The translations under genes were made by a program, and so were the position numbers. From IMG/VR virus record IMGVR_UViG_3300017706_002637, positions 1 to 59,626 of that record: 59,626 bases of DNA. One strand, 5' to 3'. The stretch is from a virus (Duplodnaviria; Caudoviricetes). Numbering within the stretch: position 1 is the stretch's first letter; every line of letters starts with the position of its first letter. The notes below the pieces were generated by a model. The model was not told the DNA's origin. It saw nothing but the letters and a program-made list of their open reading frames with translations, and did not search any database. Below, piece by piece: positions 35,896 to 46,275 of the stretch.

Positions 35896-37995
35896 CTACA
35901 CTTTTGTTACAGTTACGTTGCTATCTCCATTAACCTTCGTTATTTCGATGATATCGCTAAAACTTTCCTTCAGGCTTTCATCATGTGTGATCATCATAAC
36001 TAAGAGCTCATCTTCAAACGCATTAATTATAGACTTCATGAGATTCTCAACCCCATCTCTATCCAAAGGAGAGTTTATTTCATCTAACATTAAGAACTCG
36101 AAATCCCCACCTCCGTATCTTGCGCAAAGAAAGCTTAGTCCGAATCTAAGAGATAAGGCAATTTTCGCCTTCTCTCCTCCACTCAATGAATCAAACTTGT
36201 GATAATGTCCATCCTTCCTTATGTTTATCTCAAGAGTCTCTTTTATGTCGCCCTTGGAGCCTTTCATCTGAGTGTCGATTGATATTGAAAATGGAAGACC
36301 TATCTTTTTCACAACTCTATTTGTCTCATCCTCAAGATCTTCTAAAAAATTGTTAAGCAAAACTGTCTGAATTCCTGTTTTTCCAAAATATTTTGACATT
36401 CTAGAGTAAACCTTTACCTTTTCCGTCAAGTCATGAAGGTCTTTGCTTTTTTCTTTATATACAGCGACCCTGCCTCCTATATTTTTTATCTCCTGCTCAT
36501 AAGCCCCAATCTTCTTTATTATCTCAAGTCTTTCTAAGTCAACCTTCTCTTTGTTATCTTTCGCAACTTTACATCTCTCTTTTATCTTTGAGAAGTCTGA
36601 GTCTTTCAAAGAGTTTAAAACTCTTTCCTGCTCAGATCTTTTGGATGTAAAATCTAGAACTCTTTCGTTTGCCATAGATATAGACTTATCTAGGGTATCT
36701 ATATTTGAGTCATAGAAATCAAGCTTTTCCTTGGAAGACTCAATCTTTTCCCTTAGCGTGGATATAGAATGTCTTTGCTTTAAATTCATCTCAAAAGATT
36801 CCTTTTCTGACTTCATAAAAGACAGATCTTTTTTAAGGCAAGAGATCTTATCTTTATTTTCTTGCAGTTTTATAGAATCCTGAGACTTTATATATTCGAC
36901 GTGATCTCTCGATACAGGTTGACTGCAGTGATTGCAAAAGTCGCTAGAATAATTTTTTGCAGATAACTCCGAAACGATAGCCGTAAGATATTTAAGCTCA
37001 CTTTTTTCGTCCAAGAACCTGGCCTTTACCTCCTCGAGATTTGACTCTAAGTTTGGCTCCTCGACATAAGCCTCGACCTTCATCTTCATTTTGTTATATT
37101 TCTCAGAAACTCCTTCTTTCTTTTCCAAGAATGACTTTAGATCTTTGCTGTCTTTCCTTAAGATGTTTTCATTCTTAACAATCATATCTGAGAAGTATCT
37201 TATCTTTTCCAATGTTTTATCAAAAAGACTCGTGTCAAGTTCAGACTCTTTTCTTAGATACTCCCCCATTAGAACTTCGTGATCCTTATCATATCTGGAC
37301 TTCAACTCAGATGTCCTAACGAGCCTTTGTCTTTGCTCATCTAGATTCTCCTCAGCTTCTTTTTTCTCAGCTTCAATGACTTCGAATGATTCGAGATCTT
37401 CCGATAGAACCTTCAGCTTTATCTTAAACTCTCTCAGCTTATCCTTTGCCTTTTTTTCATAAACATCCCATTTACTTATATCAACAATATTTTTGATTAT
37501 TTCTTTTTTGGAGCCCGGATCAGCCTCTGCAAACTCAGAAATATCATTTTGCCTAAAGTATACAGTATTTAAGAATGTCTTATAATCCATACCAATAACT
37601 CTCATGATGTAGTTATTAGTTTCCGTAGCCGTCTCTTTTGTGAGGTCAGTCCACTCACTTAGAGAGTTTTCTCTGAAGAAATACACATTAGATGTAGAAG
37701 ACTTTCTAAACCTTTCTCTGACAACCTTGTACTTGTCTTCTTCGTGCAGAAATTCTATCTCTACTTTGCAACTATCCTGTCCCCACCTGATATTATCATT
37801 TTTAGATGAAGATCTAGAGTTGTTAAACAAAGACCAGGTTATGGCTTCAAACACAGCAGACTTTCCGCTTCCATTTGACTTTGAGTAATCTCCTTCTATA
37901 TTTCCAACAAGAAGGCATGAAGATATGTCTGTTAGAGATATCTTTGAATTCTTATGAGAAAAGAAGTTTTTTAGGGTTAAACTTATAGGTTTCAT
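35896..37995 (-). CDS. sbcC: SbcC/Rad50/gp46-like SMC ATPase
   Basis: LKNFFSH, Walker A SNGSGKS, Q-loop YFRQ, CNHC zinc hook, LSGGE, LDE and ITHD. Confidence 0.93.
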   Translation of the reverse strand: MKPISLTLKNFFSHKNSKISLTDISSCLLVGNIEGDYSKSNGSGKSAVFEAITWSLFNNSRSSSKNDNIRWGQDSCKVEIEFLHEEDKYKVVRERFRKSSTSNVYFFRENSLSEWTDLTKETATETNNYIMRVIGMDYKTFLNTVYFRQNDISEFAEADPGSKKEIIKNIVDISKWDVYEKKAKDKLREFKIKLKVLSEDLESFEVIEAEKKEAEENLDEQRQRLVRTSELKSRYDKDHEVLMGEYLRKESELDTSLFDKTLEKIRYFSDMIVKNENILRKDSKDLKSFLEKKEGVSEKYNKMKMKVEAYVEEPNLESNLEEVKARFLDEKSELKYLTAIVSELSAKNYSSDFCNHCSQPVSRDHVEYIKSQDSIKLQENKDKISCLKKDLSFMKSEKESFEMNLKQRHSISTLREKIESSKEKLDFYDSNIDTLDKSISMANERVLDFTSKRSEQERVLNSLKDSDFSKIKERCKVAKDNKEKVDLERLEIIKKIGAYEQEIKNIGGRVAVYKEKSKDLHDLTEKVKVYSRMSKYFGKTGIQTVLLNNFLEDLEDETNRVVKKIGLPFSISIDTQMKGSKGDIKETLEINIRKDGHYHKFDSLSGGEKAKIALSLRFGLSFLCARYGGGDFEFLMLDEINSPLDRDGVENLMKSIINAFEDELLVMMITHDESLKESFSDIIEITKVNGDSNVTVTKV

Positions 37996-39191
37996 TATTC
38001 CTCCAGTATTTCTTTAGAAGCAGAAACGATCATCTTTCTTAGGTCTTCATCTACAGATGTCTGATCATTCACAAACTTTTTAAATATCTTAAAATCACTC
38101 TCTTCTTCCATAATTTCAAGATTTCTTTTTATTTTTTCTTTTACTGGCTCCAAAATTATTTTTGATATATAACATGGATTTCCAGATACAATGCTATTCT
38201 TTATTTTATCTTCAGATATTATTCCCCTTAGGGTTTCTTTTAGCATTACTTTGAATCTTACTATGTGATTATCGTAATCAACCTTGGAAATTTCTTCCTT
38301 AAAGTTTGCATAAAAGTTTTCTGCATCTGCTGATGACAGATCTATTGTTATATCACTAAGAGTTTTGCATGGAAGCTCAACAAACTCGCATTTATCAAGA
38401 ACGGAATCATATACAGATAAATATTTTGTCTGACTTGACTCTCCAAAGTTTGTCCTTTCCAATGATCCAGTGTATATGATTGTCGGATTGTACTTCTTTA
38501 CCACTCTAAATTGATGAAGATGCCCCATCATCGCTGCATTGCACTTATCTTCAAATATTTCTGGCCTAACGAGAATCTCTCCTCCTCCAAATTTATTGTA
38601 ACTTCCTTCATAGAAAAAGTTGTGCCCTACAAAAATTGTAGGCTTTTCTGTGTCTAGTTCATCCAGCATATTTGTTATAATTTGCTCAACTTTCTTTGAC
38701 GCCTGCTCGGTTGTTGCAGGTTTAACATTTCCTTCGTCATCTTTTGTAAAATAACTCTTTTTATCTTGGAATGGAAGAAGAACCAAGTTTACCTCTTCTC
38801 CATTTATATTAACCTTTGGAGCTTGCGGCTTTATGTATATAGAAACTTTATCGTAATTATTCGCCGGGATTGCCTCCAAATAAGATTGATGCCCGCCCGG
38901 ATACCTTATGTAATCATGATTTCCCATGATAACATAAGTTCTAATTCCCGCAGAAGACAGCCTTCTTAGGCATCTGTCTGCCGCCATAAGAGATGCCCCA
39001 TCTGGCTTTCTGTGCTCAAACAAATCTCCTGTTTGAATTAGAATCTTTACATCATTTTCAATACAGTAATCTATAATGAAATTAAACGTGTTTTCGTAAT
39101 CATCAATTCTGGTGTTTCCACCTGAGTCTTTGTCTTCACCAAGGGCAAATATAGCCCCAAAGTGGGTATCTCCAACTACTGCAATCTTCAT
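37995..39191 (-). CDS. sbcD: SbcD/Mre11/gp47-like nuclease
   Basis: GDTHFG, TGDLF, GNHD, GHLH and YTGSLERTNFGE. Confidence 0.93.
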   Translation of the reverse strand: MKIAVVGDTHFGAIFALGEDKDSGGNTRIDDYENTFNFIIDYCIENDVKILIQTGDLFEHRKPDGASLMAADRCLRRLSSAGIRTYVIMGNHDYIRYPGGHQSYLEAIPANNYDKVSIYIKPQAPKVNINGEEVNLVLLPFQDKKSYFTKDDEGNVKPATTEQASKKVEQIITNMLDELDTEKPTIFVGHNFFYEGSYNKFGGGEILVRPEIFEDKCNAAMMGHLHQFRVVKKYNPTIIYTGSLERTNFGESSQTKYLSVYDSVLDKCEFVELPCKTLSDITIDLSSADAENFYANFKEEISKVDYDNHIVRFKVMLKETLRGIISEDKIKNSIVSGNPCYISKIILEPVKEKIKRNLEIMEEESDFKIFKKFVNDQTSVDEDLRKMIVSASKEILEE

Positions 39192-39703
39192 TACAACTCC
39201 TTTAGTTTTTCTTCTACTTTGTATCTCAAGAACCTAGCCCTCTTTACATCAGATGGCTTTATCTTATCAATATACTCATCTGTTTTCTTCATGACTACCT
39301 TTAATTCATCAAGGCAAAACGGATTTTCTTTTAATTTATCTTTGAACAAATCAGATATTTCAAGAAGAATTAAGTAGTTTGAAGCCTTAGACTTATACTC
39401 TACGTCTCCTTTTATTCCATCTACCATCGGTCTCATACAATCTATTGCGCTAGAAAAATCAAGATTTGCGCAAGCCATATAAAAATCAATAGATGATGAT
39501 CCTGCTTGACATCCAAAGCAATAGAAATTGTTTTTTTCTGCATCCACATAACATGACCCTGTTCTCTCTGAGCCATTTTTGTGATCGGGATGAGGACATT
39601 TGCACCTATGAGTGAAATTTCCAACTGATGCCTCAACCATACCTATATTGAACTTTTCTGCTATATCAGTAATCATAGCGTATTTTTTTATCTTATCAAT
39701 CAA
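39191..39703 (-). CDS. Stand-alone CHC2 (primase-type) zinc-finger protein
   Basis: CKCPHPDH..GSERTGSC......FYCFGC...SSIDF......DFSSAI, with no TOPRIM domain. Confidence 0.85.
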   Translation of the reverse strand: MIDKIKKYAMITDIAEKFNIGMVEASVGNFTHRCKCPHPDHKNGSERTGSCYVDAEKNNFYCFGCQAGSSSIDFYMACANLDFSSAIDCMRPMVDGIKGDVEYKSKASNYLILLEISDLFKDKLKENPFCLDELKVVMKKTDEYIDKIKPSDVKRARFLRYKVEEKLKEL

Positions 39704-40721
39704 TGTTAGCCTCCATAAACTCTGCTATATCTTCCACAAATGGACTTTTAAATATTGACACTTTTTGCTTCTCGTCTATAAATATTCCAGTCCCAACTTC
39801 TTTTAACTTTTCTGCGCCATTTCTATCTAAAACAATTCTGCTATCAATAGAGTTGCTGACTCTCATTGATATTCTTCCTAGAAAATTCGCTTTGATTAGC
39901 CCCGATATTACTTTTACCGACGGCCTTTGCGTCGCCAATACGATTGACATTCCTGCGGCTCTACATTTTTGAGCCAATTTACAAAGAGGCTTCTCTAAAC
40001 TTTTATCTTGAAGAAAAAGATCTGCCCACTCATCAATGACAATCACTGCAGGCCTTATATTTGAGCCAGTCTTTTTGTTATGCTCCATCATATTTCTAGA
40101 TCTACTAGATTTAAGCATTGCAAACCTTTTGTTCATTTTTGAATTCATATCTTCTATCAAGGTAAGAGTATCTTCGGCATCATAACATATTTTCTTTACT
40201 TGAGGCAACTCTTCGTATGCTGAGAACTCAACCATTTTTGGGTCAGCTAAATAAATATCTGAATTGTTTTTTATCAAAGATATAATTATATTATGAAGAA
40301 CAACACTTTTTCCCGACCCTGTAGCTCCAGCTATCAGGAGGTTTGGAAATTTGCTTAAATCTGAAACAACCTTATCCCCAGATGCATTTGATCCAATTGC
40401 AATTGGGCAGTACCCTCTGTCAAACTCTTCGAAGTATTCCTCTAACTCTGATTTGTCAAAGTCTTTTACTTGAACCTCCAGTCTATAAATGCCTTCGCTC
40501 ATGACTGGGTAACCTCTAGGTGTCGACTTTGACTTTAAGCCCATGCCTAGTTCGGGAAGAATCTTCTCTAATTTTGAAAATTTTGTACCAGAAGAAAGTT
40601 CGATGTCGTATATATCAAAGTTATTTCTGGATACCTTTTTTACAGATTTTGTTTTAACTCCAAAATCAAAAAGTAGTCTCTCAATTTTTGTTGAAAAAGT
40701 TTCCTCTATAAGTTTTATCAT
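39696..40721 (-). CDS. FtsK/SpoIIIE-family DNA translocase motor (no TM or gamma domain)
   Basis: PNLLIAGATGSGKS, DPKMVEF, VIDEWAD, LAQKCRAAG, ATQRPS and DSRIVLD..GAEKL. Confidence 0.9.
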   Translation of the reverse strand: MIKLIEETFSTKIERLLFDFGVKTKSVKKVSRNNFDIYDIELSSGTKFSKLEKILPELGMGLKSKSTPRGYPVMSEGIYRLEVQVKDFDKSELEEYFEEFDRGYCPIAIGSNASGDKVVSDLSKFPNLLIAGATGSGKSVVLHNIIISLIKNNSDIYLADPKMVEFSAYEELPQVKKICYDAEDTLTLIEDMNSKMNKRFAMLKSSRSRNMMEHNKKTGSNIRPAVIVIDEWADLFLQDKSLEKPLCKLAQKCRAAGMSIVLATQRPSVKVISGLIKANFLGRISMRVSNSIDSRIVLDRNGAEKLKEVGTGIFIDEKQKVSIFKSPFVEDIAEFMEANID

Positions 40722-40932
40722 TAGAACCCTCGCTGAGTTTTTTTGCCTGCGAAATTACAGAATCTAGGGCTTCGATGTACCCTACCATTGTAATATACGC
40801 AATATCTCTGCTGGGGTCTAAGTCTAATTTTAAAAGCCAAGTTTCGATTTCTCTCAGCTTTTCCTTATAGCTCATAGATTCCTTTAAGACATACTCTAAA
40901 AGTTTGTCGTATTTTGTATCCTTAGAACTCAT
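40681..40932 (-). CDS. Hypothetical protein
   Basis: 83 aa, in operon. Confidence 0.6.
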   Translation of the reverse strand: MSSKDTKYDKLLEYVLKESMSYKEKLREIETWLLKLDLDPSRDIAYITMVGYIEALDSVISQAKKLSEGSNDKTYRGNFFNKN

Positions 40933-41259
40933 TTATTTTCTTTCTTTCGAAGACAGCTTCTTTATTCTGTACTCTAAGTCAACTACCTTGTCTTTTAGTC
41001 TTATATTATTTCTTAACGCTAACATTATAAGGGTGTATATGCCTTCCCCTGGATTGGAGCTCTCTAATTCATCTGCCCCCTCTAATAAAGAATTTAATAT
41101 GTGCCTCACGTTTCTCTCGTAAGCCTCAGTTTGATTATCTTTATGAGTCTTATCTTCCATAAGAGAATTATAAGATTTGACCGCAGCCTCTGCTTTGGTT
41201 TCCTTTTTCTTGTGGCTTCTATTTAAAAAATCTGATTTGGGGTATTTCATATCTGACAT
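40933..41259 (-). CDS. Hypothetical protein
   Basis: 108 aa, GGAGG RBS, C-terminal coiled coil. Confidence 0.7.
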   Translation of the reverse strand: MSDMKYPKSDFLNRSHKKKETKAEAAVKSYNSLMEDKTHKDNQTEAYERNVRHILNSLLEGADELESSNPGEGIYTLIMLALRNNIRLKDKVVDLEYRIKKLSSKERK

Positions 41260-41577
41260 TTATTCCTCCGGAACTAAAAATAAACTTAATCCAAAATGCT
41301 TATACATTAATAAAAATTTTTGTATTTTTAAAAGCATTGTTTCGTCTATAACTTCAAAATTTGTATGAAGCATTTTCAATATATTTGATATTTTATTATA
41401 ATCATATATGTGACTATCAAATAGGCCGCATGCATCGTCCAAAAAACTTATTACTTTGTCTCTTTTTGTTTTATCTATTTTGTTTAAATAAAGAATTTTG
41501 TTGCAAATTGTTGACGCATAACAAAATCCCTCTCTGTCTTCATACTGATTACTACTTAAAATTAAACTGGCCATCAT
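41260..41577 (-). CDS. Hypothetical protein
   Basis: Probable start is MMASL at 41577 (GAGGT RBS), which removes the long overlap. Confidence 0.6.
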   Translation of the reverse strand: MMASLILSSNQYEDREGFCYASTICNKILYLNKIDKTKRDKVISFLDDACGLFDSHIYDYNKISNILKMLHTNFEVIDETMLLKIQKFLLMYKHFGLSLFLVPEE

Positions 41578-41588
41578 TAAGGCTAACC

Positions 41589-43829
41589 TCACACTTTTGT
41601 AAGTGAACAAAGCGGTACGTAATAGGCTACCTTCTCCCAAGAAGAGGAACCTGAATTCCATTCGTCTACATAAACTTTCATCCAAGCATTCACATCCGCA
41701 TAAAATCCAGCATCTGAGGCTCCGCCAAACTCTGAAGAGCTTACCGGTATTCTATTCATTGCTTTGTTGGGAATAGATACTCCCGCTGTAGATACGTAAG
41801 TTGGGCTAGAAAGGTTTGTCATTAGCATTGGATGCTCATCTATTGCGCTTTTACCCATAGAGTAAGGTGCTGAGGTTGGATCTGTAGATTCATCTCTAAC
41901 TGGATGTCTAAAGTTTAAAAGGGCAGCAGTCTTAGATCCAAAAGACTGACCTCCATTGTCAGTATGATTCGTAAGAGTGTAAAATGCAATATTGGGAACC
42001 ACGGTATTTGAGGTAACTTTATTTACAAAGTCTGGGGCTTCAACCTCTATGTATCTCAAATCTTTAACTTGATAAGAAGTCGAGTTACTCTCCTGAGAAT
42101 ATGTCTGGGAAAAAGACATAATCGAGTCTTCTGCTTTTCCGTCAGACTCTATCATCGTTTCTGTCTGTATATTCAAAAGCCTTTCATAATCTTTCTTTAT
42201 AAGCGCGGGTTTTGATTTCGCAGTATGGAAGGCCTTAGATTGACCTCTTTCCGGCTTTCCAACTGCCATGTTTCCATTATAATTTATGCCCGCCCTAACC
42301 ATGCTTTCGTAAGACCCAGTTGTATACGGAGAACTGGCACTGCTTGAAATTAAAGAGTCTGAACCATGAACCGAAAACTCTATTTTCCCTCCGTAACTTC
42401 CAACCGGAACTAAGGATGGATTCTCTTTTGAGCCCAATATTTCTGAAAAAAGATTTGTTTGATTATTTATAGCGACTGCGTCAACTTGCCCCCCAAGCTG
42501 TATCCCTGGCTTGGTTGGACTTGCAGCTAAGCCAGATGTAAGGTCATCTAAATATAGCTTGGGGCCTCTACCATCTCTAACGTGAATACTTATATCTTCC
42601 TTGACTACAGAGTTTTGCTTTGCGTTTTGCCCAATATAAATCTTAGCATTGCTGTTTGAGGGATCGGCGTTTGAGGCATTCGATGTTTTGTTTCCAAGAT
42701 CAAAAGTAAAAACTGATTTCTTACTTGGATCTATATCTGATTTGTCATAAATGTTTATAAAGTCAGACTCATGAGGATAAGAGGATATAGCTGGAGTTCC
42801 AGTAGATCTTAGGGGGGGGTGAAAATTAAACTGCTCAGAGGTAAACCTAACCTCTTCTGTGGGGCTGGCCAAAGCCGTACTGAATGTTTGAGTCCCTATA
42901 TGAATTGGAGATCCGCCCCAAGTTTCCAGATTTATTCCCGGTCCAAAGCCGGCAGTCCTATTTGATGAAATCTCAATATTTGAGTCATCCGAAGTCTCTA
43001 TCTTTAGTCCAAGGCCAGATGCTTTGGAAGATGTAAGGGAAACCGTATCTTTGGAACTTATCTGAATCTCTCCCTGGTCAGAATTCAGCTCAAGCCCTAC
43101 TGATGGATATACAGAAGTGTGAACTGGAAATATTTTAAAGGAATTATCATCAGGTCCCGAATATGATTCTAGCTTAGAAGATACTTCGAAGTAGTGAGTT
43201 CCATTGCTCATAGAAAACGAAGTTGAGGATGGACTAGAGTCTGTGTTTAGCAGCTTAAAGTGTTTGCTCAATGCAGAGTCTGCAATAATATCTAGTTGAG
43301 ACTGAGGAGTCTCCGTATCTGATCCTAGCATTATCTTCTGATCAGTTTTGTTCCCAACTGTAGCAACAGAATCTAAGTCTAAGGTTCCAACCACGGTAGA
43401 CGTATACTCTGAAAGATTCAAATGGTATAGGTGTCCGCCAGAACCGTCTGCAACTCTCCAGGGTATAACGTTTGTATTCGTCTCAAGGTTAGCTCTAAAT
43501 GCGTTATTCTTATATACAGAATAATCAGAAAGATTTACGTGCTGCAACTCACCTCTAACGTGAGGATGACCTAAACCTGCTGGCACTGAAGATGCGTAGT
43601 CAACACCTGTTCCTCCTAAATTTATCTTCTGAGCATGACCATCGCCACCTTGTCCGTCATGCATATGTCCTGCTAGTAACGGGTCATATGAGCCATACAT
43701 AGAGGCTGTAGTTATATCTGATTCTTGATCTGAGCCCTTAAGCCCCCCAAATATACTATTTGCAAATCTGGATGTAAGAATTGTTGCCGCTGTTTTAAAT
43801 CTAGTTAATATTGAAGATGAACTTGACAT
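41589..43829 (-). CDS. Putative tail/fibre-associated virion protein
   Basis: 746 aa, Ser/Thr/Gly-rich and beta-rich. N-terminal GHMHDG..GH motif as seen in trimeric fibre proteins. C-terminal YYVPL. Confidence 0.55.
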   Translation of the reverse strand: MSSSSSILTRFKTAATILTSRFANSIFGGLKGSDQESDITTASMYGSYDPLLAGHMHDGQGGDGHAQKINLGGTGVDYASSVPAGLGHPHVRGELQHVNLSDYSVYKNNAFRANLETNTNVIPWRVADGSGGHLYHLNLSEYTSTVVGTLDLDSVATVGNKTDQKIMLGSDTETPQSQLDIIADSALSKHFKLLNTDSSPSSTSFSMSNGTHYFEVSSKLESYSGPDDNSFKIFPVHTSVYPSVGLELNSDQGEIQISSKDTVSLTSSKASGLGLKIETSDDSNIEISSNRTAGFGPGINLETWGGSPIHIGTQTFSTALASPTEEVRFTSEQFNFHPPLRSTGTPAISSYPHESDFINIYDKSDIDPSKKSVFTFDLGNKTSNASNADPSNSNAKIYIGQNAKQNSVVKEDISIHVRDGRGPKLYLDDLTSGLAASPTKPGIQLGGQVDAVAINNQTNLFSEILGSKENPSLVPVGSYGGKIEFSVHGSDSLISSSASSPYTTGSYESMVRAGINYNGNMAVGKPERGQSKAFHTAKSKPALIKKDYERLLNIQTETMIESDGKAEDSIMSFSQTYSQESNSTSYQVKDLRYIEVEAPDFVNKVTSNTVVPNIAFYTLTNHTDNGGQSFGSKTAALLNFRHPVRDESTDPTSAPYSMGKSAIDEHPMLMTNLSSPTYVSTAGVSIPNKAMNRIPVSSSEFGGASDAGFYADVNAWMKVYVDEWNSGSSSWEKVAYYVPLCSLTKV

Positions 43830-43848
43830 ATTTTTCTCTCTAATTTAT

Positions 43849-46263
43849 TTATGCGGAAGCTAATTGGTATATAAACTTCGAACCATTATACAAAAACACC
43901 ATTCTCTTTCTTCCGGGAATAGATAATGAACTTGTCGAGGACTGTTCTCCGGCATCAGACACTAACGAAAGAAATGACACAAGGTTTCCGTCCTTTCTAG
44001 TCTCAACAGTTAAACTTTGTGAGCTCTTTGTATTTACAACAACAATTATATCTCCAACCGAGAATCCATTTGGATTATCTATTATGAATTGATTTTGAAA
44101 AGCATCTGTGGACGACCAACATATGTACTCAGAGTTATTGTAATAGTTTGAAGTCGAAGTTGAGAAGTCTGAAGGTGTAAGGTTTACAGATTGAGCGTGC
44201 GCAGAGTAAGATCCTGAAGAAGAAAGAGTTACAGTTCCTCCTGACTCAGAAACAGTCACCCCTGTTCCTCCCACTATATTAAGCGTCTCCGAGGAGCCTA
44301 AAGTGTTGCCTCCGGCCTGCACTGTCCTAAACGTATTGGTATCTGTGGCAGAAAAGTTTAGCTTTCCGGTTGAGTCATTATAGGTAACCGACATATTTGT
44401 CTCTGTATTTCCAGTTACCATACCCCCAACTACATCTTGAACTTCTTCATCTGAAAGCTGAGTGTTTGTGTATGTTGAGCTTACAGTTACAGTTCCTGCG
44501 GATTCGGTTAAACTTACATTTGTTCCTGCGGACAAGGTAAGGGTTTCTGCCGCACCTAACGTATTGCCTCCGGCCACAACAGTTCTGAACGTATTTGTAT
44601 CTGTTGTTGAATACCCCTCAGCTGAATGATCTCCCCAACCATAGGCCTCATCCCAATTTCCAACTTTGTCATCAGTAATTAAGTTTGTCCCCATGTTTAT
44701 ATCTGAACTCACAACCAGGTTTCCTGTTCCATTTGGAGAAATATTTACATCTCCGTTTAGAGTAGAGGTTAGGCTGTTTCCGTTTACATCTAAATCACCT
44801 CCAAGCTGTGGTGTTGTATCTCCCGCAACATCTAGCAGGCCTTCAGAAGTTTGATTTACCCAGTCTAAAACTCCAGATCCGTCTGTTTTTAAAACCTGAT
44901 TTGCACTTCCATCTGTGCTTGGCAATACAAAGTTTACATTAGATGATAACGCCGGGGCTTCTATAGAGACGTATAAGTCCTGCGGACTGTAAAGCCTCAA
45001 CTGTGGAGATCTTGTTGCAGATACAGAATTTGTGGCGTTTAGACTTACAGACTTTACGGAAACTGAAGCTATAGAGTTCGAACTCTCTCTCAGTCTAAGC
45101 TCTATACCCTCTCTTGTTCTGGACTGACTGTCAGTTATGTTCTCTCCGTGGTTAATTTGAACATAAGAAGTGTCGCTGAAGTTATTTGCCGCAATGACAA
45201 ACGACTCTGCTTCTGACTCCAACTTTGATATGTCGGTGCCCTTTCCGTTATCAACTGCAGAAGACGCTGCGCCAATGTTTCCTATTCTTACTGAGTTTTC
45301 AGCATGAGATGTTCCATATTTAGGGTTTAAATATAAAGACCTATCAAAGTTTATGCCCTTTATCTCTGGCCCAGAATTATATTGCAAAGAATTTAAGCCA
45401 ACAATATTGTTGTCTTGAGAGTCAAGGTTTCCGCCCAACTGAGGGGTTAAGTCTTCAACTATATCGCTCAAACCTCCAGATGAGGGTGCCGACCAAACTA
45501 AGTTTACGACATCCCCCGAGCTTGATGGATCTATCGACAAAACCTGATTTGATGATCCCGGAGAAGGGGGAAACTTTAAAATCATATTCTGACTCATACT
45601 TTCATGAGTCTTTAAGCTCAAATAGCTTTTCTGATAAGTGTTTCCGCCTCTCATCAAGAGCTCTGAAGATGACGAATATCCTAGATGGCTGTTCTCAAAA
45701 ACATACTTCGTTAAACCTTCCGCACTACCAGATGCAGGGTTAGCCTTAAAGACAAGATTTCCGATTTTTCCATCTGAAGATATTGTGGAAAAATCTGAAG
45801 AACCATAACTTTTTGATATTTTCAAGCTACTAGGCCCAAGGAATAAGTCCCTGACTCTATTCGAAGGATTGCCTATGTCATAAGTGTTATCAAGAGTTGG
45901 CTCCAAAGACCCAGAGGAGCTAACCGACCAATTTGAGCTCTCTAACTGCCCGAGTCCATTTGCAGATGGAATTGCATTTGCGCTAAGCACCTGTCCAGAA
46001 TTAAACTCTTCGCAGCAAGAGGAGTTTATTCCATCTGTAACATATACAGAGCCGCCATAGTTGATGGTTATGTCTGAATCATTTTGAATATAAAGATTGG
46101 CCCTTCTAACCTCTTCTTTGTCATCTACGGTTATTGACTCCGACCCAGAAGTCTCTTGCTTGTCAACCCAAGAATTACCCGAAAGAATTTCATCCGCATC
46201 TCTAAATTTTGCAGTCTTGTCGTTATTTGACAAATCAACAACTAGTATCTTTTTATCAGACAT
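43849..46263 (-). CDS. Tail fibre-like protein with internal repeats
   Basis: DNTYDIG..SNR.RDLFL, two D.TPQLGG.LD motifs, P.S.GS.NQVL spacers and a duplicated DTNTFRTV.AGGNTLG..ETL unit. Confidence 0.7.
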   Translation of the reverse strand: MSDKKILVVDLSNNDKTAKFRDADEILSGNSWVDKQETSGSESITVDDKEEVRRANLYIQNDSDITINYGGSVYVTDGINSSCCEEFNSGQVLSANAIPSANGLGQLESSNWSVSSSGSLEPTLDNTYDIGNPSNRVRDLFLGPSSLKISKSYGSSDFSTISSDGKIGNLVFKANPASGSAEGLTKYVFENSHLGYSSSSELLMRGGNTYQKSYLSLKTHESMSQNMILKFPPSPGSSNQVLSIDPSSSGDVVNLVWSAPSSGGLSDIVEDLTPQLGGNLDSQDNNIVGLNSLQYNSGPEIKGINFDRSLYLNPKYGTSHAENSVRIGNIGAASSAVDNGKGTDISKLESEAESFVIAANNFSDTSYVQINHGENITDSQSRTREGIELRLRESSNSIASVSVKSVSLNATNSVSATRSPQLRLYSPQDLYVSIEAPALSSNVNFVLPSTDGSANQVLKTDGSGVLDWVNQTSEGLLDVAGDTTPQLGGDLDVNGNSLTSTLNGDVNISPNGTGNLVVSSDINMGTNLITDDKVGNWDEAYGWGDHSAEGYSTTDTNTFRTVVAGGNTLGAAETLTLSAGTNVSLTESAGTVTVSSTYTNTQLSDEEVQDVVGGMVTGNTETNMSVTYNDSTGKLNFSATDTNTFRTVQAGGNTLGSSETLNIVGGTGVTVSESGGTVTLSSSGSYSAHAQSVNLTPSDFSTSTSNYYNNSEYICWSSTDAFQNQFIIDNPNGFSVGDIIVVVNTKSSQSLTVETRKDGNLVSFLSLVSDAGEQSSTSSLSIPGRKRMVFLYNGSKFIYQLASA
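44220..44605 (-). repeat. Duplicated ~42-aa fibre module (TDTNTFRTVxAGGNTLG...GTVTxSS)
   Basis: Two copies at about 44476-44605 and 44220-44346. Confidence 0.85.
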
Positions 46264-46275
46264 TTATATCCCCTA

